Origin: Octopus bimaculoides
Taxonomy: Eukaryota
Direction of reading: 5' to 3'
DNA length: 44,784 nucleotides
Assembly (NCBI RefSeq): GCF_001194135.2
Contig: NC_068982.1
Coordinates: 125,005,332-125,050,115 of the forward strand
Shown: in pieces, positions 36,780 through 44,784 of the stretch
How positions within the stretch are numbered: the stretch's first letter is position 1
Layout: each line of letters begins with the position of its first letter
Notes under the pieces: generated by a model
What the model was told of the DNA's origin: nothing
The model's input: only the letters and a program-made list of their open reading frames with translations
Database searches by the model: none
Position numbers and translations under genes: made by a program

Positions 36780-37175
36780 TCAAGACATTTTTTTCTCTCC
36801 GTTTATCTTTTCCGTTCTCCATCTGTTTTCTTCCACCATTCCTTTTTGTAAAAGAGCGTGGGCTCGAAACGTCAAGGACTATTCCATTCTTTTTTCTGAG
36901 CGTCAAACTAACACACCTTGTTTGTTGTTCCCTCACCTGTCTCCGTCTTTTGTTTTCTTCTTTGTACTATTTTGAACCATATATATATATAGTTTACAGA
37001 AAACATATATATATATATATAGTTTACAGAAAACAAAAGACGAAGACAGGCGTAGAAACAACAAGCAGGTATATTAGTTTAACGCTCGGGAAGAATGGAA
37101 AAGCCTTTTACGTTTCGAGCCTACGCTCTTCGACAGAAAGGATTAAGAGGAAAACACGGAGAGAGAAAAAAGTGT
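36780..37175. mobile_element. Inverted pair of Penelope-like terminal repeats, each with a hammerhead-like motif
   Basis: 36780-36965 (+) and 37012-37175 (-) are reverse complements sharing GAGCGT(A/G)GGCTCGAAACGT. Confidence 0.7.
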
Positions 37176-37246
37176 AGAGTTCTAATACAGACACACACAC
37201 ACGCACACACACACATGTACACCCAATCCCCCCCACACACATGTTA

Positions 37247-37285
<39 letters not shown>

Positions 37286-37344
37286 ATACATACATACATA
37301 CATACATACATACATGCATGCATACATACATACATACATACATA

Positions 37345-38072
37345 CATACAGCAATCATAGCTGGAGTGTACACATCAACAAACAAGTCGATGTTGCCCGC
37401 AAAATGTGCTCATGGATCCTAAGAACTTTTCAATCTAAGGATCATAAAACCATCATCTTTCTCTTCTCTACATTCGCTAAGCCTCCACCTCGAATACTAC
37501 TGCCCATTGTGGTTCCGCTACAAAAAACAAGACATAATGAGGATCGAAGCGCCAAAGATCAATCACTAAAAAAATAAATGGCATGACGGGACTTGGTTAT
37601 TGGGCTCGACTTAAACAACTGACTGTAACGCTGCCGTGAGCGATACATTATTTGCACTATGTGGAAAATATTCCACCAATATTACCCAAATGATATCGGT
37701 ATTATGTTTACAATTCACCTAAGACTAGGCCCCCGTGCAATGCGTCCCCTACAAAGGTCGAGATCACATTACATAAGAACATTGCAGCACAATTTCTTCA
37801 CTGCAAATGGTCCTGCTCTTTTCAATGTTATCCCGAGAGAAATTAAAGTAGAAAAAGACCCCACAACTTTCAAACGGTACCTGGACAAATTCCTCCAGGA
37901 AATACTGAACAAACCACCTACACCTGGATACGTCTCAGCCAACAACAACACTTTGCTTGAGTGGTCCATGGTGTCCCGAAATAATTAATTAAAAGACTTT
38001 TCCAGGTGGTGCTATGGAGTTAGTCATGGCCTGGCCGATAATGGCCGAAACCAATCTAAGTTATCTAAGTTA
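37345..38072 (+). mobile_element. CR1-group LINE, 5'-truncated 3' end with tandem tail
   Basis: Frameshifted WSVHINKQVDVARKMCSWILRTF...PHLEYYCPLW...ERYIICTMWKIF...FKRYLDKFLQEILNKP; tail atctaagttatctaagtta. Confidence 0.88.
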
Positions 38073-38608
38073 TATAAAAGAAGAAAAGAAAATGGAGATT
38101 AGGAAGTTAATAATTGTTTATTCTTAGCAACAAATTGGTCATCTTCGCTTCTTACAGTCGTTTCAATTAATACTCAATAACTTAATTACAAATTTGTACA
38201 TTAAATTTACCTTTGTGTGACATGAGTATAATTTCATCTCAGGATACACTCGGAATACATTAGGATATACTCAGAAAAAAAACAATATATATATATATAT
38301 ACAGAGAGACAGAGAGACAGGTGTATGTATATGTATGCATGTGAGTGCGCGTGCGCGCGTGCGTGCGCGCGTGCGTGCGATGGTGAGAATATAAAAGAAG
38401 AGAAAGAAGGTGAGAAAATATGAACACTACAATTCATAGAAAAAAATGTAGATATAAAAATATTTCTAGTTGTGCCTATTTCTAAATATCTCATTTTATA
38501 GAATAGTATCATCTTTCCAAACAATTTTATGTCAGAAGATTTTGTAATTGGTATATGTGTTCTTGGTAACTACATGTTACACTTACTTTCAAATATTAAG
38601 ATAAAATT

Positions 38609-38829
38609 AAGGCGCCGATCTGGCAGAAACGTTATCACGCCGGCCGAAATGCTTAGCGGTATTTCATCTGTCTTCGTGTTCTGAGTTCAAATTCTTACGA
38701 GGTTGACTTTGCCTTTCATCCTTTCGGGGTCGATAAATTAAGTTCCAGTTGCGTCCTGGGGTCAATCTAATCGACTGGCTCCACTCCCTAAAAATTTCGG
38801 GCCTTGTCCCTAAAATTGATAAGAATATT
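38609..38829 (+). mobile_element. SINE family D, full length
   Basis: A/B boxes plus ctttcatcctttcggggtcgataaattaag. Confidence 0.9.
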
Positions 38830-40025
38830 AAAATAAAATTCTTTTTCATTTTTATACTTGCGGTGTAGCTATTATTGACATGTTGACTACAGAGAAAACA
38901 AAGCTAAATATAATTAAGATATAACTTTTTTTTTTATATATATGTGCATATTTTAGAGGTAGCTATTATGCACCTATTGACAAGGTTAAAAATTATGTTA
39001 AAAGTTACATCATCTTTATTGAAAAATCGATTTCTTATTTGCATACATCTCTTCCCCACCCCTTTTTTTTTACAGGCAGCATAGATCTTTCATAGCGTGC
39101 TGCACTTAATGTTCTGAGAGGCACGTGCAACACCATTCTCAGTTGATGCTCTTCCCGTATCTTCATACGGGTATGAAAACAGCGAAACGAATTTGTTTCG
39201 CCGAGTAGCTTATCTCAATTGAACACTCAATCATTATCGATTAGTCAACTAAATTATTTTTCATTTTGGTAGTCAACGTGATACAAAAATACGAATATAG
39301 TTTTGTATGAGTCGGATGAATGAGAAGTTGTGATCAAGACTTTCCCAGGGGCATTAGGGGCAGAGGTGACGTGAAAGGGCACCAACTGCAATAGAAAACT
39401 ATAAAACAAAACCAGGTCATCAGAAGTTGACCTATTAACTACAGCCAACAAACCCTTTATCGTTATCAAAATGTTAGTGAGACTAGGTCCGACTTCGCCT
39501 TTCATCTCTTCGGAGTTGTTAAAATAAGTGGCAGACTCGTAAGTGGGTCGACTAAATTAGTATATGGCCCCTCCCTAACAACAACATGTGACCTTGTACC
39601 AATGTAAGGAATCAAAATTAGTAACATAGAATAGGAGATAACACAACAACAACAAAAAGACGAAAACATGTTTATTATGAGGGCTGTTAAGAATTCCCGA
39701 TAATCTGTTCCCGCTTAGTATTTTAGGATAAGTTTTAAGTTCAGCCAGCTGTATGTCTTTATTATTTATTTCTTATACTTTTACTTTTATTTTTTGTTTT
39801 CTGGATTTATTCTTTTCAGTTTTTAATTCCGACATTTTTTATTTAATTTTTTTTTTCTTTTCCAGTAGATTCAAAATTTTATTAGTATTTTCTTTTAACA
39901 TATTAAATTAAAGAGTGGTTTCTCATTTAACGATTTGACACGAGTATCCATTTTGCGAGAAACTATAGAACGCTTTACCAAATAGTCTTCAGCCTGACTC
40001 AATTCTCGGCCCTGATTATCATGCA

Positions 40026-40243
40026 TATTGGTTTCAAATTTTGGCACAAGCCCAGCAATTTCGGAGGATGGAGGTAAATCGATTAGATCGACTCCAGTGC
40101 TCAACTGGTACTTATTTTATCGACACCGAAAGGATAAAAGGTAGAGTCGACCTTGGTGGAATTTAAACCCCAGAATGTAAGGACGAACGAAATGGGGCTA
40201 AGCATTTTCCCCGGCGTGCTAATGATTCTGCCAACTCGCCGCG
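40026..40243 (-). mobile_element. SINE family D, full length
   Basis: Same motifs, reverse strand. Confidence 0.88.
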
Positions 40244-40547
40244 TTACGCATTCATACATAATTAATACCATCGAGATGTTGCTCCAATCGACAAGAGGCT
40301 CCATCTGACCATCGATAGTTGTACTCAGACGTCTCCGTCTCCAACCACGAGGAGTGGAGGTTAATGATAAGAGTCATTTGAAATCAGGATACACAAAACA
40401 CAACAAATCATATCCTCTGAGGTTCTAACGATCCCGTCAATCCACCGCCCTAGACCAGTATATATTGATCATGAGAGGATGTTTAGTTCACCGAGTGGGA
40501 TTATTATTGTGTTAATCCACTACAAGATCCATGCTTTGTTGTGCTGT

Positions 40548-41063
40548 GGTGGCTTGTGTGCCTCAATGGCTCTAGGAGTTTTGTCAGCGAAACAAAATCT
40601 CCTAGTAGGGCCTCCTATGCTGGACAGGTCAAAGGACAGAGACCAGACTGATATAGACCACTTTTTTTCCAGGGGTAAAAATGGGTATGCATAAGGCCAA
40701 CACCCCTATCAAGAAAAAAGCGAAGCTACAGAAGCATCGAGGACCATTCACAACCAGCAAGACCTGGGAGAGTAAGGCCTTCCCCCAGGGAAACAAATGA
40801 CGCAGTACAGTAAAATCTGAGAGGAAACTGAAGGATGGGTCACACCTTAAGGAAACCTACATCCTGCATTATACGTCAGGCAATAACCCTGAAACCCACG
40901 AGAGATGCGGAAGAGGGGACCTTTTAAAAATACCTGGAGATGGGATAGTGAGGCAGAGCTGAAAAGGTACGGATCCAACTGGAGAGAAGCAGAAAAGACA
41001 GCACAGTGGAGAAACGGCGTCGATGGTTTATGTTCCATAGGGAGCGAAGGGCATAAGTAAGTA
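40548..41063 (+). mobile_element. Bipartite non-autonomous RTE derivative (5' UTR-like region joined to ORF 3' end)
   Basis: RTE-like leader ggtggcttgtgtgcctcaatg...ggacaggtcaaagg...ccagact; 3' part MGHTLRKPTSCIIRQAIT/NPREMRKRGPFKNTWRWD...WRNGVDGLCSIGSEGHK*; (TAAG)n tail. Confidence 0.75.
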
Positions 41064-41476
41064 CTTGTACTGATATCCTGGACAAGATATTAAACTGCAT
41101 CCGGTGGTACGGATTTACCTCGTGAATATAAACATTTTATAATAATGAGTTTGGATTGGTTTGGATTGGAATTTCTATGTTCAGTCCACTGCAAGATGAA
41201 GGCCTCGGTATGTTCTCTCCACTGACGGTGATTTGATGAGCCTGATCTGCTACACTGACTCGACATGGCTTGGCAGAGGGATGCAGTTTTTATACTCATA
41301 CCCAGGAGTAGTTAAGTCAATTACATCGACCCTCAGTGCTCAATTGGCCCTTATTTTATCGACCCCAAAATTTAGGAGTTTTGGGGAGTGTGGGGTTTCT
41401 CCTCAGCCACTACTACACCCGGATCCATTTGGATTTCAAATGGTAGTACCTATCAATGTAAGAGACNNNNNNNNNN

Positions 41477-41665
41477 AATTCAAAGGGACCAGCCTTGTCA
41501 CACTGCTGTGTCACGCTGAATATCCCCGAGAACTACGTTAAGGGTACACGTGTCTGTGGAGTGCTCAGCCACTTGCACGTTAATTTCACGAGCAGACTGT
41601 TCCGTTGATTGGATCAACTGGAACCCTCGTCGTCGTAAGCGACGGAGTGCCAACAACAACAACAT
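41477..41665 (+). mobile_element. SINE family A/B 3' module following a gap
   Basis: aattcaaaggg...gacggagtgccaacaacaacaac. Confidence 0.9.
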
Positions 41666-41684
41666 AATAAATGTTATACACATG

Positions 41685-41915
41685 AAAGAGGCGACCACGT
41701 TAGCACGCCGGGCGAAATGCTTAGCGGCATTTCCGTCTGTCTTTATGTTCTGAGTTCAAATTCCGCCGAGGTCGACTTTGCCTTTCATCCTTTCGGGGTC
41801 GATAAATTAAGTACCAGTTCGAGCTGAGATCGATGTAATCGACTTAGTCCCTTTGTCTGTCCTTGTTTGTCCCCTCTATGTTTAGCCACTTGTGGGCAAT
41901 AAAGAAATAAGAAGA
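41685..41915 (+). mobile_element. SINE family D head and central domain with an alternative 3' tail
   Basis: Canonical up to aatcgactta, then gtccctttgtctgtccttgtttgtcccctctatgtttagcc. Confidence 0.85.
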
Positions 41916-42159
41916 CAACAGGAAATCATTTTTTACAACAAAAATTATGCATTTTCAGACTTCGACATGGAGATCCACGATCACCGATATTTGTAGGCAT
42001 GGCACCTGAAGAGAATTTTAAAAAGTGCTAAAAACATTATTAATTAGTTCACTAAACATTATACTTAAAACTTGCAATACTTTTAATTTCATACTCCTGA
42101 GTTTTGTCAACGTCTAGTTTTTCTCCTCATCACTTCGGGACTCCCCCACTAGACTGGTC

Positions 42160-42313
42160 TGTGGCATGGTTACTCATTTTTACCAGCTGAGTGAACTGGA
42201 GCAACGTAGAATAATGTGCTTTGCTCAAGAGCACAACGCATCACCCGGTCCACGAATCGAAATAACAATATTACCATCATGAGTGCAACACACCTAATCA
42301 CTAAGCCACGCGC

Positions 42314-42318
<5 letters not shown>
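42160..42318 (-). mobile_element. SINE family B head plus CORE fragment
   Basis: Homologous to 17170-17336. Confidence 0.75.
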
Positions 42319-42352
<34 letters not shown>

Positions 42353-42434
42353 TGCATGCATGTATGTATGTGTGTGTGTATGTATGTATGTTTGTGTGCA
42401 TGTACGTGTGTGTAACTATGTATGTATGTATGCG

Positions 42435-42812
42435 TGTGGAGGCGCAATGGCCCAGTGGTTAGGGCAGCAGACTCGCAGTCGTAGGATCGCGATTTCGATT
42501 CCCAGACCGGGCGTTGTGAGTGTTTATTGAGCGAAAACGCCTAAAGCTCCACGAGGCTCCGGCAGGGGGCTGGGGGTTGGGTTTGAACCCTGCTCTATTC
42601 TTTCACCACAACTTTCTCTCACTCTTTCTTCCTGTTTCTGTTGTACCTGTATTTCAAAGGGTCAGCCTTGTCACACACTGTGTCCCCGGGGACTACGTTA
42701 AGAGTACACGTGTCTGTGGAGTGCTCAGCCACTTGCACGTTAATTTCACGAGCAGGCTGTTCCGTTGATCGGATCAACTGAAACCCTCTTCGTCGTAACC
42801 GACGGAGTACCA
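42435..42812 (+). mobile_element. SINE family A, full length, inserted in a (TATG)n tract
   Basis: A/B boxes; atgtatgtatgtatgcgtgtg on both flanks, consistent with a TSD. Confidence 0.9.
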
Positions 42813-42834
42813 CGAAGATGTATGTATGTATGTA

Positions 42835-42909
<75 letters not shown>

Positions 42910-43374
42910 ATGTGTGCATGTATGTATGTATGTATGTATTCCGCCACCACCTGCAAAAATGTGCCATTGTGCTAAAGGAAAACTAATTAAATTCTGTTTC
43001 CAATAAATTTCACTAATTTCCTTCATTTTAATTACAATTTTAGTACTGTAGTACTGTGAAAGATTATCGATTTCTTACCTTGGTACAAGGTCACACATTT
43101 ATAGGGCATTAAGGCAGGCTATATAATTGACTAACTCGATCCAAGTAATTAGTGCAATAAAGCCAACAAGGTCTGAACTCGGAGCGTAAAAAAAAAAAGA
43201 ACTAAACATTTCATAATAATGAGTTTGGATTGGATTTCCTATGTTCCGTCCACTGTAGGATGAAGGCTTCAGTATGTTCTCTCCACTGACGGCGATTTGA
43301 TGAGCCTGATCTGCTACACTGGCTCGACATGGCTTGGTAGAGGGATGCAGTTTTTATACTCATACCCAGGAGTA

Positions 43375-43540
43375 GTTAAGTCAATTACATCGACCTTCAG
43401 TGCTCAATTGGTCCTTATTTTAGCGCCCACGAAAAGGTGAAAGGCAAAGTTGGCATCGGAGGAAATTGAACTCAGAACCTAGAGACAGACCGCGAAGCAT
43501 TTTCCCTAGCGTGCTAATGATGCAACCAGCTCGCCGCCTT
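43375..43540 (-). mobile_element. SINE family D, partial
   Basis: gaaaggcaaagttggc...aattgaactcaga...ccagctcgccgcctt. Confidence 0.8.
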
Positions 43541-43603
43541 CAATAATGAGTATATTGTATACAATACTCAGGTGTACTACAGCTCTTTGGAAAAGGGTAA
43601 AAG

Positions 43604-43768
43604 CAGTAGCGTAGCAAGGGGAAGTTATGGAGATGGTACACCTCGGACAGCGCTTTTATGTGGGTAACACTTTGGGGTCTGCTGTATAAGGCTGTACAGG
43701 GTCGGACAGCGCGATGGTAAACTCAAGGACAACCTCCCAGTGGCACACATACTCTAGATATGCCACTG
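43604..43768. mobile_element. hAT-type MITE (165 bp)
   Basis: TIRs cagtagcgtagc / rc cagtggcatatc; 8-bp TSD ggtaaaag / agtaaaag. Confidence 0.75.
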
Positions 43769-44199
43769 AGTAAAAGGGGAGACCGAAAGTATCAATAAGT
43801 CAAATAAAGAAAATTAACTGTGAAAGCCAAAATTGCTTTTGCAGTAAAAAGAATAAAACCTATAAAGAGAGAAAAATGAGCCGTAAAAGAGGAAAGAATG
43901 AATACGCACATGAGGAGTGGTGTTGAAGAATTTCAGGAAGCATGGATTTTTTTTAAGGATTCAGTGTCCTGACAGCCAACAATCAATACAGGTGAACTAT
44001 TCAATGCTTTAACAATTCTGAGTGTGGAAAAGTTCTTCTGAAAGTCATGTAGTCCACAGTTTTCCCCCTCAACCTTTTTTTTTTGTAAGCATGTCCATGG
44101 AAGGAAGACATATTAAATTGTTTTAAAAAGTGGCCAAAGTTGTTTCATAAGGCATTTGCTCCCACATATTACATTTTCCCCCAACCCAGTCCCTATGAA

Positions 44200-44369
44200 A
44201 TATTGGTTTCAAATCTTGACACAACACCAGCGATTTCGAAGGAAAGAGATAAGTCGATTACATCGATTACATCGATTACAACTGGCGGAATTTGAACTCA
44301 GAACGTAAAGACGGACGAAATGTTAAACATTTTTCTCGGCGTGCGAACGGTTATGCCAGCTCGCTGCCT
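44200..44369 (-). mobile_element. SINE family D with an internal deletion
   Basis: Central domain missing; cgattacat repeated about three times at the junction. Confidence 0.8.
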
Positions 44370-44519
44370 CGTCCCTTTGAAATATTAAATTTTCTAAATT
44401 GATTAGGAGAGATTGTCTGAACCGTTAGCGCAGAGCTTTACCTTTTTTTCTCCCGGTGGCGACACACGTTTTAAAAATAAAATTTTCGTGACATGTTAAT
44501 CTAGTTTTGTTAACGAATA

Positions 44520-44784
44520 CAGTGATACCTCGTAGTACGAGTTTAATTCATTCTATAACCGAGCTCGCCTTGCGATTTACTCGTTTTTACAAATCAGACT
44601 TTCCCGTTGAAATTAACTAAAATATAATTAATCCTTTCCAGCCCCCCCCCCCACCAAACACTCAAAAATAATTTTTATTGGTTTAAAACAGAAAAGGTGT
44701 AGTTACATTTATGAAAACGAGAATGCAAAAGAAATATGTAAACTGGTTTTATTAACTGAATTACCTTACAGATGGGATGATTTG
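44520..44784 (+). mobile_element. pogo/Tigger-like DNA transposon left end (cut by window end)
   Basis: TA|CAGTGATACCTCGTAGTACGAGTTTAATTC terminus typical of Tigger. Confidence 0.65.

Noticed and set aside
38211-38269. Minus-strand 59-nt exon candidate (YPNVFRVYPEMKLYSCHTK); similar acceptor at 39385
   Set aside because: Short, and cannot be chained into a coherent protein with the other candidates.
41228-41265. TTGATGAGCC...G(A/G)CTCGAC hammerhead-like string in the duplicated segment
   Set aside because: Core and GAAA are both defective.

Overview
AT-rich, repeat-saturated animal genomic DNA with nine N-gaps, most next to microsatellites. The SINE repertoire (tRNA-headed OR/OK-like families, a CORE-bearing family) points to an octopus genome; this is inference. 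No host protein-coding gene can be confidently identified, only isolated candidate exons. Nearly all ORFs in the track are microsatellite, N-gap or SINE artefacts. Supported content: more than 20 copies of one tRNA-derived SINE family, often in head-to-tail arrays or inverted pairs; three further SINE families; RTE and CR1-type LINE fragments; a complete internally deleted Helitron; piggyBac-, pogo/Tigger- and hAT-type MITEs; and Penelope-like terminal repeats carrying minimal hammerhead ribozyme motifs. The strongest finding is a full-length 5S rRNA copy fused to a complete tRNA-SINE, with one 11-bp target-site duplication around the whole composite (2314-2854). This indicates a 5S+tRNA chimeric retroposon that inserted as a single unit.
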